This document shows, piece after piece, positions 32,553-41,971 of a DNA stretch of 64,000 bases. The notes under the pieces were generated by a model, which had not been told where the DNA came from, made no database searches, and saw only the letters and a program-made list of their open reading frames with translations. Position 1 is the stretch's first letter. Each line of letters starts with the position of its first letter. Origin of the DNA: a bacterium (GTDB lineage: Bacteria; Patescibacteriota; Patescibacteriia; Patescibacteriales; UBA12465); the NCBI GenBank assembly GCA_030696105.1, contig JAUYNJ010000008.1, forward strand, positions 18,030 through 82,029, given 5' to 3'. The position numbers and the translations under genes were made by a program.

Positions 32553-33611
32553 ATGAAAATCGGTATCGTCCTCGTCAATTATAAAGACTACGCGGAAAGG
32601 TTTTTAGCGCCTTGCTTAGAATCAATTCGCACCCTTGATACCGAAATAAAGCCGGATATTTTTATTGTTGATAATGCGAGTACTGCGGAGAGCATGGCTT
32701 ATTTACAAGCAGCCGCCCCTGAGGCCAGACTTATTTTAAATATTAATAACGACGGCTTTGCTAAGGGTAATAATGATGCTATGCGCGTGATGCTGGAAGA
32801 GGGATATGACTATATCCTGCTACTCAACATGGATGCTTCGCTTGCACCCAACGCTCTAGTTGAGCTTGTAAGCGTGGCTGAGAATATTCAAAAGGCGGGC
32901 GCGATTCAAGCACGTCTGATGCTTGATCCTGAGCGCAAGCTCATTAACAGCGTTGGTAACGCCACCCATTTTCTCGGCTTTGGCTATTGTCTCCGTTATC
33001 GCGAAAAATACGATGAGGTCTTAGCTGAGTCAGTTGATATTGCCTATCCCTCAGGCGCTTGCGTGCTGTTACGTTCATCGGCACTCAAAACTGTTGGCTT
33101 GTTTGATGAAGAATTCTGGATGTATAATGAGGATCAGGACTTAGGTTGGCGTTTGTGGCTCGCTGGTTATACTTGCCTGATGGCGCCCTCGGCGGTTGCC
33201 TATCATCAATATGAATTCAGTCGCTCGCAGAGTAAATATTATTGGATGGAACGCAATCGTTTAATTGCTGCTTGGAAAAATTACTCTGCGCTTTCACTTC
33301 TTCTTTTCTTTCCGGCTTTATTAGCAATGGAAATTGGGATGAGCTTTTTCTCAATTCGCTCTGGCTGGTTTAAGGAAAAGTTTAAGGCCTGGTTGTATCT
33401 ATTTAATCCTCAGCACTGGCCCTATTTACGAGAAGCGCGTAAAAGCGCTCAGACAGTGCGCCAAGTGCCCGATTACAAAATTTTGCCTCTTTTCTCAGGG
33501 AGAATATGGTATCAAGAAATTGACCACCCCTTATTACGCTACGCGGCTAACCCAATATTCTCCGCCTATTTTTCGATTGGTAAAATGATAATTAAAGCGC
33601 TGAAGCAATAA
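32553..33611 (+). CDS. Glycosyltransferase family 2
   Basis: IVDNAS, GFAKGNN, LLNMD and EDQDLGWR motifs; likely start at 32553. Confidence 0.92.
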   Translation: MKIGIVLVNYKDYAERFLAPCLESIRTLDTEIKPDIFIVDNASTAESMAYLQAAAPEARLILNINNDGFAKGNNDAMRVMLEEGYDYILLLNMDASLAPNALVELVSVAENIQKAGAIQARLMLDPERKLINSVGNATHFLGFGYCLRYREKYDEVLAESVDIAYPSGACVLLRSSALKTVGLFDEEFWMYNEDQDLGWRLWLAGYTCLMAPSAVAYHQYEFSRSQSKYYWMERNRLIAAWKNYSALSLLLFFPALLAMEIGMSFFSIRSGWFKEKFKAWLYLFNPQHWPYLREARKSAQTVRQVPDYKILPLFSGRIWYQEIDHPLLRYAANPIFSAYFSIGKMIIKALKQ

Positions 33612-33612
33612 T

Positions 33613-34440
33613 ATGGATCTCTCGATAATCATTGTAAATTATAAGAGCAAAGATAAGTTGGCAAATTGCCTGCGCTCTTTGGTGTCGGCGGACTTAAGTG
33701 GCATTGAATATGAAACGGTGATTGTTGAAAACGCTTCGGGTGATGATTTGTCAGATTTATTGAGTCTGTACCCTCAGGTGAGGTTGATAAATAGCCCAGC
33801 TAATCTTGGTATGGGCGGAGGTAATAATATTGGCATTCGCGAAACAAGCGGCGCGTATATTTTAGTTGCTAATCCTGATATTGTTTTTACGCCAGACTCG
33901 ATTAAGCAGATTTACGAATATATTAAGGTGACACCCGAAGCAGCGATTGTGGGGCCGAAGTTATTGAATCCCAATGGGAGCCTGCAATATTCTTGTGCGC
34001 GCTTCCCAAATTTTTTCCTGCCGGTATTAAGACGTACGCGTCTCGGTCGTTATTTACCCAGTGTAATTGATCACTATTTAATGAAGTCGACTAATCATAA
34101 TGAGATTAAAGCGGTCGATTGGATTATGGGTGCCTGCTTCGTGCTGCGGCGCGACGAATTATTTATTGAAGGTAAATTGTTTGATGAGCGCTTTTTCATG
34201 TATTTTGAAGATGTCGATTTATGCCGCCGGGCGCGAGCAGCCGGGAAAAGCACTATTTATTATCCGGAGGCCATTGTTACACATGATCATCAGCGTGACA
34301 GTGCCAGATTGCCCTGGTATCACGCGCTAGTAAGTGATAAGCTTGCCAAAGAACATCTTAAATCTTGGTGGAAATATTTTATGAAATGGGGTTTGCGTAG
34401 CGCCCCTGTTTTAAACAATAAACATTATGCAAAAGATTAG
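33613..34440 (+). CDS. Glycosyltransferase family 2
   Basis: VENASGD, NLGMGGGNN, NPD and FEDVDLC motifs. Confidence 0.92.
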   Translation: MDLSIIIVNYKSKDKLANCLRSLVSADLSGIEYETVIVENASGDDLSDLLSLYPQVRLINSPANLGMGGGNNIGIRETSGAYILVANPDIVFTPDSIKQIYEYIKVTPEAAIVGPKLLNPNGSLQYSCARFPNFFLPVLRRTRLGRYLPSVIDHYLMKSTNHNEIKAVDWIMGACFVLRRDELFIEGKLFDERFFMYFEDVDLCRRARAAGKSTIYYPEAIVTHDHQRDSARLPWYHALVSDKLAKEHLKSWWKYFMKWGLRSAPVLNNKHYAKD

Positions 34441-35305
34441 AAAAGCAATCTTACCTGTGGCTGGTTTCGGTACGCGTTTTTTGCCGGCGACAAAAGCACA
34501 GCCAAAAGAAATGTTGCCGGTCGTTGATAAACCAGTTATTCAGTATTTAGTGGAGGAGGCGGTCGCCGCTGGTATCGAGGAAATTATATTTGTGACTGGT
34601 CGCGGTAAGCGCGCGATTGAAGATCATTTTGATTACTCTTTTGAGCTATCAAAAACTTTAGTCGAAAAGAATAAGTTGGATTTAATTAAGAAGGTGCAGG
34701 CGATTGAGAGTCTCGCCAAATTTTCATATGTTCGTCAGTCGATTCCCTTAGGCGATGGGCATGCTATCAGCTGCGCCGCCCACCTGGTTCGCGATGATGA
34801 GCCAGTGCTTATTATGTTCGGTGACACTTTATACGATTCCAAGGTTTCTCCAGCTAAGCAGGTTATTGAAACCTTTGAAAAATACGGTGATCCAGTTGTT
34901 GGTCTATCGCAGGTGGCGGCAGAGGATGTAAATAAATTTGGTGTTATTGATGGACTTGATTTGGGTGAAGGGAATTTTGAGATTAAGAAGTTTGTGGAAA
35001 AACCGCCGATTGGTGAAGCTCCGTCTAATCTCGCTGCGGTAGGTATTTATGCGATTACGCCAGAGGTGCTGCAGATATTAAAAAAAATGGAGAACGGTAA
35101 ATCTGGCGAAATTCGTCTTGCTGATGCCTTTGATTTAATGCTCGCCGATGGTCGCCCGCTTTACGGCAAGCAATTAGAAGGCGAGTGGCTTGATACCGGC
35201 AATAAATTTAATCTCATTAAAGCCAATATAAAGTTAGGCCTGAAAGACGAGGAGATTGGCGAAGATCTAAAAGAGTTTTTGAAGGGCATGGTTAGTCAAT
35301 TCTAA
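34427..35305 (+). CDS. galU: UTP-glucose-1-phosphate uridylyltransferase
   Basis: PVAGFGTRFLPATKAQPKEMLPVVDKP and IEDHFD motifs. Confidence 0.95.
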   Translation: MQKIRKAILPVAGFGTRFLPATKAQPKEMLPVVDKPVIQYLVEEAVAAGIEEIIFVTGRGKRAIEDHFDYSFELSKTLVEKNKLDLIKKVQAIESLAKFSYVRQSIPLGDGHAISCAAHLVRDDEPVLIMFGDTLYDSKVSPAKQVIETFEKYGDPVVGLSQVAAEDVNKFGVIDGLDLGEGNFEIKKFVEKPPIGEAPSNLAAVGIYAITPEVLQILKKMENGKSGEIRLADAFDLMLADGRPLYGKQLEGEWLDTGNKFNLIKANIKLGLKDEEIGEDLKEFLKGMVSQF

Positions 35306-35315
35306 AAAAGTGTAT

Positions 35316-35346
35316 AAAAAAAGACGCTGGTGAAAGCGTCTTTTTT
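35316..35346. terminator. Bidirectional intrinsic terminator
   Basis: aaaaaagacgct-ggtgaa-agcgtctttttt. Confidence 0.85.
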
Positions 35347-35353
35347 GTATTGA

Positions 35354-36688
35354 TTATTGTAACTGCAATTTATACACGCCGGACTCCTCACCTATTTTTG
35401 CGTAGAAGTAGATAATCTGATTACGCTCATCGAGCGAGAGGTTGCTGATATTTTCGGCTTGAGTCAGGGTGATTGGTGTTTTGACTTCGAGGTTTAAGTT
35501 TACGATTTGAATTTGATTGGCGCTACTGTAAATTAAGTAATTCTTGGAACGGTTCCAGGCTAGTCCCGTTAACTCTTCACTCACCCGGATAAGCAGGTCT
35601 TGTCGGCCGCTATCCATATCAAGTGAATATATCTCATAACCATTGTGCCAGATTAGGAACTTCGCGCTCAGCCATTGCCAGGAGCTTACCGGCTTTATTT
35701 GCTTCGCGATGGGTTGAAGGGCATAGTCGCTTAGAGCATATAAAGCTTGCTGTCGCCTGTCGTATAAATCAAGATTAGTTTCAGTCTGGCGGAAGATATA
35801 ATCGCCGGCAGGCAAGTCAGAGCTCGAGCGCAGGGTGGAGGTGTTAGCGTCATAGACTCGCAGGAAAATTCTATCGGCTTCATTTTCAATGGTGTAGAGT
35901 AGACCCCCGCGAACAGTGTAGGCGACGTAGGTGCCGCCGCTTATAACCGTGCTAGCTACCTGTTCATCGGTGATAATACAGTTGATGGCGCCTCCAGACT
36001 GATAGTATATCTTCTTTGAAGATTCGTCCCAAAAGAAATTTGTGGCACCATCACCCAGAGAACTCAAGTCATAATTTGTGTTGCCGCTGTTTAAATTAAT
36101 GAGCTTATCACTAAACAATATTTGCGTTCCGTTTTGTGACCACTGTACCGGCATCGCTCCTTTGTCAGTCAGAGTGCTGCTGGTTTCAGTTTTGAGATTA
36201 ATAACAAGACCATCATTAGGTAGGACTAAATAAGTCTTTTTTTCTGGCCCAAAAGAAATGTCTTGCGGTGCACAGATGGCGATATTAGAGGGAGTGGTGC
36301 GTCGGAAGAGAATGAAATCTTCGGCGAATGTCGCCTGACCGGACTCAATTTTAATCTTCTTTTCAAGTGGCCAGTATCCTTCTTTTTCAAGGCGTAAAGT
36401 GTATTCACCTGGAACTAGATTTTTGATTTTTGTGGGTGTGGTAATTTCATCACGACCAAGATCAAGCAACCAAGAACGGCGTTGCTTTTCGCCATTAAGA
36501 AAAATCGCTGATCCGTCCGGCTCACTATCAAGCAGGAGCATTCCGGTTCTTTCCACTAATTGTCCAAAGCGTGGCGGCCAGCTGCGACGAATAGAATAAC
36601 CAGCGGCGTACAGCGAAACAAGCAAGGTGGTTATCACGAATATAATAATAAACAATATAAAAAGACTGTCGCGAATTCGTTTATTCAT
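35354..36688 (-). CDS. PEGA-domain membrane-anchored protein with a beta-propeller-like C-terminus
   Basis: N-terminal TM, GMLLLDSEPDGSAIFLNG and LVPGEYTLRLEKEGY PEGA motifs. Confidence 0.8.
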   Translation of the reverse strand: MNKRIRDSLFILFIIIFVITTLLVSLYAAGYSIRRSWPPRFGQLVERTGMLLLDSEPDGSAIFLNGEKQRRSWLLDLGRDEITTPTKIKNLVPGEYTLRLEKEGYWPLEKKIKIESGQATFAEDFILFRRTTPSNIAICAPQDISFGPEKKTYLVLPNDGLVINLKTETSSTLTDKGAMPVQWSQNGTQILFSDKLINLNSGNTNYDLSSLGDGATNFFWDESSKKIYYQSGGAINCIITDEQVASTVISGGTYVAYTVRGGLLYTIENEADRIFLRVYDANTSTLRSSSDLPAGDYIFRQTETNLDLYDRRQQALYALSDYALQPIAKQIKPVSSWQWLSAKFLIWHNGYEIYSLDMDSGRQDLLIRVSEELTGLAWNRSKNYLIYSSANQIQIVNLNLEVKTPITLTQAENISNLSLDERNQIIYFYAKIGEESGVYKLQLQ

Positions 36689-36696
36689 AATTATTA

Positions 36697-37956
36697 TTAT
36701 TCAACGCGTTCAATATCCGCACCAAGCCCGCGGAGGCGTTCTTCCAGTTTTTCGTAGCCACGGTCGATTTGGTAGATGTTGTCTATTTCGGTTGTGCCTT
36801 CAGCAATGAGCCCAGCAATAACTAACGCGATGCCAGCTCGGACATCAGGACTGATGAGCCGTTTACCGATGAGGCGGCAGCCGCCTTGAATTACAATCCG
36901 ATGCGGGTCGCACATGGTAATTTTTGCCCCCATCTGCGAAAGCATGTCAGTCCAAATCAAGCGACGATCATAGATTAATTCTTGTACGAGTGCTGTGCCC
37001 TCGGCTTGAGTCATTAAGATAACATAAGGAGACTGCAAGTCAGTTGGGAATCCTGGGTATTCATGAGTTTTTATATCCTTTGATTTAATTTGCTCTGACT
37101 TAAAAATCTTTAACCAGTTATCTCCAGCTTCATATTTGACTCCGATTTTGTCAAAGATATCAAGTAAACTTTGTAAGTGTTTCGGTTCGCAGTCTAAAAC
37201 TGTTATTTCTGCTTTTGCAGCCGCAGCGAGCAAGGCGAATGAACCCGCCTCGATGCGGTCAGGAATAATATGGCAGTCGCCGCCACCTAAAGCATCAACC
37301 CCTTCGATAGTAATTGTTGGACTACCCGCTCCAGTGATTTTCGCTCCTTGGGCATTAAGATAATCTGCAAGCGCTTCGATTTCTGGCTCCATTGCGCAAT
37401 TTCGCAGTGTGGTTGTGCCGGCAGCCAGACAGGCAGTCATCATTAAGCTTTGAGTACCAGTCACACTGACAACGCTGAAGAAGAAATCGCAGGCCTGTAG
37501 CTTTTTAGCAGTGATGTGATAAAAGCGTTCGCCGTTTTTCACGCTCGCGCCCATCTTCTTAAAACCCTCAAGAAATAAATCAATTGGTCTTCCGGCTGCG
37601 CCAATGACGCAACCCCCTGGATGAGGGAAGCTGACTTCACCAAAACGGGCGAGAAGTGGGCCGACAAACATCACTGAGGTTCTAAACTTATCGGCAATCT
37701 TGCCATCTAATTCTGTTTTTGTGACTGCAGACGGATCTAATTCAACCGTATTACCATCTCGCTTAATCTTTACACCAAGATCTTCTAGTAATTCTAAAGA
37801 CTTTTCGACACCGTCGATGAGCGGAATGTTGGAGAGGCGCATTGTCTCGCTTGATAAAAGACAAGCCGGGAGCATAATCTGTGCGTTGTTCTTCGCACCC
37901 CCGACTTTAACCTGACCACCTAAAGGGCGACCACCGTTTATAATGAATTTGGGCAT
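36697..37956 (-). CDS. murA: UDP-N-acetylglucosamine 1-carboxyvinyltransferase
   Basis: GAKN, PGGCVIG, PDRIEAG, YPGFPTDLQ and IDRGYE motifs. Confidence 0.97.
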   Translation of the reverse strand: MPKFIINGGRPLGGQVKVGGAKNNAQIMLPACLLSSETMRLSNIPLIDGVEKSLELLEDLGVKIKRDGNTVELDPSAVTKTELDGKIADKFRTSVMFVGPLLARFGEVSFPHPGGCVIGAAGRPIDLFLEGFKKMGASVKNGERFYHITAKKLQACDFFFSVVSVTGTQSLMMTACLAAGTTTLRNCAMEPEIEALADYLNAQGAKITGAGSPTITIEGVDALGGGDCHIIPDRIEAGSFALLAAAAKAEITVLDCEPKHLQSLLDIFDKIGVKYEAGDNWLKIFKSEQIKSKDIKTHEYPGFPTDLQSPYVILMTQAEGTALVQELIYDRRLIWTDMLSQMGAKITMCDPHRIVIQGGCRLIGKRLISPDVRAGIALVIAGLIAEGTTEIDNIYQIDRGYEKLEERLRGLGADIERVE

Positions 37957-38087
37957 AGAGAGTAAATCTGTTTAATTATAATCTCATCTTAGACCATTTA
38001 TTGACTTTTTGCAATGATTTAGATAATATGAATGAGTAAATAGGCGCAAGCCTGATTTTTTCTAATAATTTTGCTAATATTACAAGT

Positions 38088-38402
38088 ATGGCGAGAATCG
38101 CAGTAATTGCCGCCGGAGGCAAACAATATAAGGTCAAGGAAGGCGAAACCATTAAAGTGGAAAAACTGGATTTGGCTGCCGGAGAGAAGGTTACTTTTGA
38201 TACCCTTTTAATTGCAGAAACCGACGGCAGCGCTGTTTCGGTTGGCACCCCTTCATTAGGTGCTAAGGTTAGTGCTGAAGTTGTAAAAACTGAGAAGCAG
38301 GACAAGGTGACCGTCGTAAAGTATAAGAGTAAGACTCGTTACAAGAAGACCGTTGGTCATCGTCAGCTCATGACTTCTGTTAAGATTTTAAGCATCGCTT
38401 AA
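38088..38402 (+). CDS. rplU: 50S ribosomal protein L21
   Basis: GGKQYKVKEG, VGTP and GHRQ motifs. Confidence 0.98.
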   Translation: MARIAVIAAGGKQYKVKEGETIKVEKLDLAAGEKVTFDTLLIAETDGSAVSVGTPSLGAKVSAEVVKTEKQDKVTVVKYKSKTRYKKTVGHRQLMTSVKILSIA

Positions 38403-38440
38403 TTTTAATCAAATAGTTTATATATAGAAAATCCACTCAT

Positions 38441-38641
38441 TCAAGTGGATTTTTTAGTGAAGAAAAAGTTTCTGAACGAGGCTGTTCGTTTGCGCCACTT
38501 GGTTGTTGAGTGGCGGAGTGGCGAAACTATTTTTGATAGTTTCCTTAAAATTGGAAACTTATAACGTGGCTTAATTTTTATGGCCACGAGCAATATCAAC
38601 CTGACAACAAGCAGGGTAAGCAACGTAGCCGTAAGCATCAT
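38441..38641 (-). CDS. Small basic protein with a hydrophobic N-terminus, hypothetical
   Basis: 66-aa ORF preceded by AAGGAGG, ending inside the terminator it shares with rplU. Confidence 0.55.
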   Translation of the reverse strand: MMLTATLLTLLVVRLILLVAIKIKPRYKFPILRKLSKIVSPLRHSTTKWRKRTASFRNFFFTKKST

Positions 38642-38656
38642 GACCTCCTTTTTTAT

Positions 38657-39247
38657 TTACAAATTATTACGATACTTTAAAGCATTAGCAAGGGTTAACT
38701 CATCCGCATATTCTAAATCTGAGCCAGCTGGTAAGCCTCGTGCAAGACGGGTTATCTTTAAGTCGGGGAATATTTTTTTGAGATATAAAGCGGTGCTCTC
38801 GCCTTCAAGCGTAAAGTTCAGTGCGAGAATTAATTCCTTTACGGAATTCTTTTTAATAAGTGCGCGCAGGGCATTAATAGGCAGTTGGTCGGGGCCGACA
38901 TCTTCTATGGTGTTGAGCAGGCGACCGAGTAAAAAATAGCGCCCGGAAAACTGTTTGGTATTTTCAATAACCGCCATGTCTTGGCTATTTAATACAATGC
39001 AGAGTATATCAGTCGACCGGTTAGTGTCGGCGCAAAGACTGCAGGGCTCAGCTTCGCTGTAAGCGCCACACTGTGAGCAACGCTTAGCTTTGAAGGGTAA
39101 TTCTGCTAAGGCCGTAGACAGGGCTTGTAGGTCCGCTGGTGATTGCTGGAGTAAGTAAAAGACATAACGTTCAGCCGCTTTCGGACCGACGCTAGGAAAT
39201 TGCGAAAAACGCCTGATCAGTTCTTGAATGTAATCAGGGTATTTCAT
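38657..39247 (-). CDS. recR: Recombination mediator RecR
   Basis: PSVGPKAAER, C4 zinc finger, EGESTA and RLARGLPAGSDLEYADE motifs. Confidence 0.97.
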   Translation of the reverse strand: MKYPDYIQELIRRFSQFPSVGPKAAERYVFYLLQQSPADLQALSTALAELPFKAKRCSQCGAYSEAEPCSLCADTNRSTDILCIVLNSQDMAVIENTKQFSGRYFLLGRLLNTIEDVGPDQLPINALRALIKKNSVKELILALNFTLEGESTALYLKKIFPDLKITRLARGLPAGSDLEYADELTLANALKYRNNL

Positions 39248-39248
39248 T

Positions 39249-39524
39249 TTAGTTTAAGCCTGGGAGGCCGCCCATTTCCTGCATCTTCTTGGCCATTAGG
39301 CGTTGAGCGCGTTTGATAGCGTCATTGAAGCAAGACTTAACAGCACTTGCTTGAGCCTCGGCGTTCAATTCTGGGTTAAGGGTTAATTCCATTATTTCTA
39401 AATTGCCGTTTAGAGTTAACTTTACGCCATTTTTTTCTTCAGTGACAGATTCCTGAGCAAGGGCGCTTTGCATGGTTTTTGCCTGGCTACGTAAATCTTT
39501 AAATTGTTTGAGTTTGTTGAACAT
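39249..39524 (-). CDS. YbaB/EbfC nucleoid-associated protein
   Basis: Sequence pattern and canonical position next to recR. Confidence 0.88.
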   Translation of the reverse strand: MFNKLKQFKDLRSQAKTMQSALAQESVTEEKNGVKLTLNGNLEIMELTLNPELNAEAQASAVKSCFNDAIKRAQRLMAKKMQEMGGLPGLN

Positions 39525-39543
39525 ATTTTTATATTTAGATTAC

Positions 39544-40947
39544 TTAATTGTTGCTCGGATTATTTTGATGTGTTAAATTGCGGAAACTCGCGGTATTTTC
39601 ATCAAAGAATAAATCGATTTTGCCGGTTGGGCCGTTACGATGCTTGGCGATATATACTTCCGCTTTATATCTTTCATCCATCGGCAAATCGTTCGGATTG
39701 TAGGAACGGTCGGCGGCTTTGCGGTATAGAAACATTACAATGTCGGCATCCTGCTCAATGGAGCCGGAGTCACGCAGATGGGAGAGCTTAGGAATAGCGG
39801 GGCTAGTCGCTTCGACGGCACGGGAAAGCTGAGCAAGGGCAAGGACAGGGATATTTAATTCACGGGCGATACCTTTAAGTCCACGACTAATTTCACCAAT
39901 TTCCTGTACGCGGTTATCGCTATATTTACCGCGCCCTTCCATCAACTGTAAGTAATCAATAACGATAAGTCCTAATCCTTTTTCCATCTGTAAGCGGCGG
40001 CACTTGGCGCGAATTTCCATTACCGAGAGCGTGCTGGAATCATCAATATAAATGGGAGCATCCGCTAATTCACCCATGGCTTTGCCAATTTTTGTGAAGT
40101 CATTATCTTCGTCCTTATCGGATAAATTACCAGTTCTCATTTTCCAAAGATTGACGTTCGCTTGAGCGCAAAGCATGCGATCTACTAATTGCTCCTTGCC
40201 CATTTCCAGCGAGAAGATGCCGACCCCCGCTTTGTTGCGGATAGCAGCTTGGCGAGCGATATCAAGCGCGAGTGAAGTTTTACCGACACTGGGGCGGGCC
40301 GCAAGAATCACGAGGTCAGATTTCTGCAGACCGGCGAGCAGAGCATCAAGGTCAGTAAAACCCGTTGAGAGACCACGTAGTTTGCCGCCACCGCGTTTGT
40401 GTAATTCGTCGATGCGCTCAAAAGCGTCAGTGAGCAAACTATCGAGAGGCAAGAAGGCGTTCTTTAGAAATTTACGGGAGACGCCGAATATTTTTTTTTC
40501 AGTTTCATCAAGCAAGACATCAATATCTTTTTCTTCATCAAAGCTAGAGCTCGTAATTTCTGCGGCAGCTTGTTGCAAGCGACGCAGCGTTGCCTTTTTT
40601 TGAATGATGCTTGCATACTGCGCAATATTTCCAGCCGTGGCCACTGTGTTTGAGAGTTTAGCGAGATATGTACGTCCACCGATATCAGAAAGTTGTTTCT
40701 TGTCTTCTAATTTATTGGCGAGCGTAATAATATCTATTGGCTCTTGGCTGTTATATAACTCTTGTATTGATTCGTAAATCTTTTGATTGGCGTGACGATA
40801 GAAATCCTGAGGAAGGATCATGTCGACAATCTTAATAATGGCGTCCTTATCGATTAAGAGGCAGCCTATAAGCGACTCTTCAGCTTCAAGGCTGTGAGGC
40901 GGTATTTTTTCCAAAAGTGTCTTGTCTGTAGATACGAGTGTCGCCAT
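39544..40947 (-). CDS. dnaB: Replicative DNA helicase
   Basis: PPHSLEAE, AARPSVGKT, IDYLQLM, LRDSGSIEQDAD and KHRNGPTG motifs; no intein. Confidence 0.99.
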   Translation of the reverse strand: MATLVSTDKTLLEKIPPHSLEAEESLIGCLLIDKDAIIKIVDMILPQDFYRHANQKIYESIQELYNSQEPIDIITLANKLEDKKQLSDIGGRTYLAKLSNTVATAGNIAQYASIIQKKATLRRLQQAAAEITSSSFDEEKDIDVLLDETEKKIFGVSRKFLKNAFLPLDSLLTDAFERIDELHKRGGGKLRGLSTGFTDLDALLAGLQKSDLVILAARPSVGKTSLALDIARQAAIRNKAGVGIFSLEMGKEQLVDRMLCAQANVNLWKMRTGNLSDKDEDNDFTKIGKAMGELADAPIYIDDSSTLSVMEIRAKCRRLQMEKGLGLIVIDYLQLMEGRGKYSDNRVQEIGEISRGLKGIARELNIPVLALAQLSRAVEATSPAIPKLSHLRDSGSIEQDADIVMFLYRKAADRSYNPNDLPMDERYKAEVYIAKHRNGPTGKIDLFFDENTASFRNLTHQNNPSNN

Positions 40948-41010
40948 ATATTTGCACCTTATTTTAGTGCTTATATCTTATCGTATAATCACAAAGCGAA
41001 CAAGACAAGT

Positions 41011-41052
41011 TTATTAACTATTTATGCACGCTTTATACACGTTTTATCACTT
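41011..41052. promoter_or_regulatory. Four DnaA-box-like 9-mers at 11-bp spacing upstream of dnaB
   Basis: TTATTAACT (41011), TTATGCACG (41022), TTATACACG (41033) and TTATCACTT (41044), compared with consensus TTATNCACA. Confidence 0.5.
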
Positions 41053-41130
41053 TATTATTACCGAAAATACGTTCAATTGACAATAACATAACATTATTTT
41101 AAAGTAGTGACAACTAACAACGGAGGGAAA

Positions 41131-41646
41131 ATGAACGACAATAGTTTTTTAACAATTCTCGGTCTGGAATACATGGACCTGCGTAAGGTTGTGCCTGAGT
41201 TCCACACTCTGGAGCCTGACGTTACCTATTACCGCAAAGGTAAGCTAAATCGCTTTGAGCGAGAATTATTCCTAGCGGAAATTGAGCTGTGTGACCGAGT
41301 CAGCGATCTCACCATTGATTCAATGGATGTTCAAGTAGAGTTGACGGAAGAGGCGCCGGACAATATGATTATCGACAGTGATCATTTAGAAGCTGTTCGG
41401 TATATGACCGAGCGAGCAACGGCAAACTATATTCCCATGGCGGAAGAAGTCGCTAGTCTTGAATTCCATCGTCGCCTCTGCTGGGACTTTCTCGAAAAAA
41501 AAATTCGCGAAAGATTCAAAATTCCTTGGGCACAAGGGTTTGTAATAACGGAAGACTACATTGTCTATTGGTATTACCATGATGATTTGGAAAAATCTCA
41601 AGGTGCTTATGCCGATGATGACGACGACGATAACGATGATTGGTAA
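41131..41646 (+). CDS. Hypothetical acidic protein
   Basis: TTGACA (41077), 17 bp, TAAAGT promoter; GGAGG SD before ATG 41131; poly-Asp C-terminus; downstream terminator at 41648-41678. Confidence 0.75.
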   Translation: MNDNSFLTILGLEYMDLRKVVPEFHTLEPDVTYYRKGKLNRFERELFLAEIELCDRVSDLTIDSMDVQVELTEEAPDNMIIDSDHLEAVRYMTERATANYIPMAEEVASLEFHRRLCWDFLEKKIRERFKIPWAQGFVITEDYIVYWYYHDDLEKSQGAYADDDDDDNDDW

Positions 41647-41688
41647 TAAAAAAAATCACCCCAAAAAGGGTGGTTTTTCATTTATGGG

Positions 41689-41762
41689 AGCCGCCTGTCG
41701 GATTCGAACCCACGACCTGCTGTTTACAAAACAGCTGCTCTAACCAACTGAGCTAAGGCGGC
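41689..41762 (-). tRNA. tRNA-Thr(UGU)
   Basis: Cloverleaf GCCGCCT...AGGCGGC with anticodon arm GCTGT-TTTGTAA-ACAGC and TTCGAAT T-loop; one G-G mismatch in the T-stem. Confidence 0.93.
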
Positions 41763-41795
41763 GATGTATCTATTTAGTTGTGATAACAACTACTG

Positions 41796-41868
41796 TGCGC
41801 CCAACAGGACTCGAACCTGTGACCTTATCCTTAAAAGGGATCTGCTCTACCAACTGAGCTATGAGCGC
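41796..41868 (-). tRNA. tRNA-Lys(UUU)
   Basis: Cloverleaf GCGCTCA...TGGGCGC with anticodon loop CTTTTAA and T-arm ACAGG-TTCGAGT-CCTGT. Confidence 0.95.
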
Positions 41869-41971
41869 GCTCAACTAAAAATAAGTCGTAATAGACTTAT
41901 ATTTGATTTGATATTATCAAAAAACTATTTTTTTGACAAGGGTTTGGGCAAATGCTTATAATATCCATATT

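Noticed and set aside
39544..40947. Intein or intron in dnaB
   Set aside because: The length and motif spacing are those of an uninterrupted DnaB.
41131..41762. Prophage or integrative element at tRNA-Thr
   Set aside because: Only one orphan gene lies beside the tRNA; no integrase or duplicated att sequence was seen.
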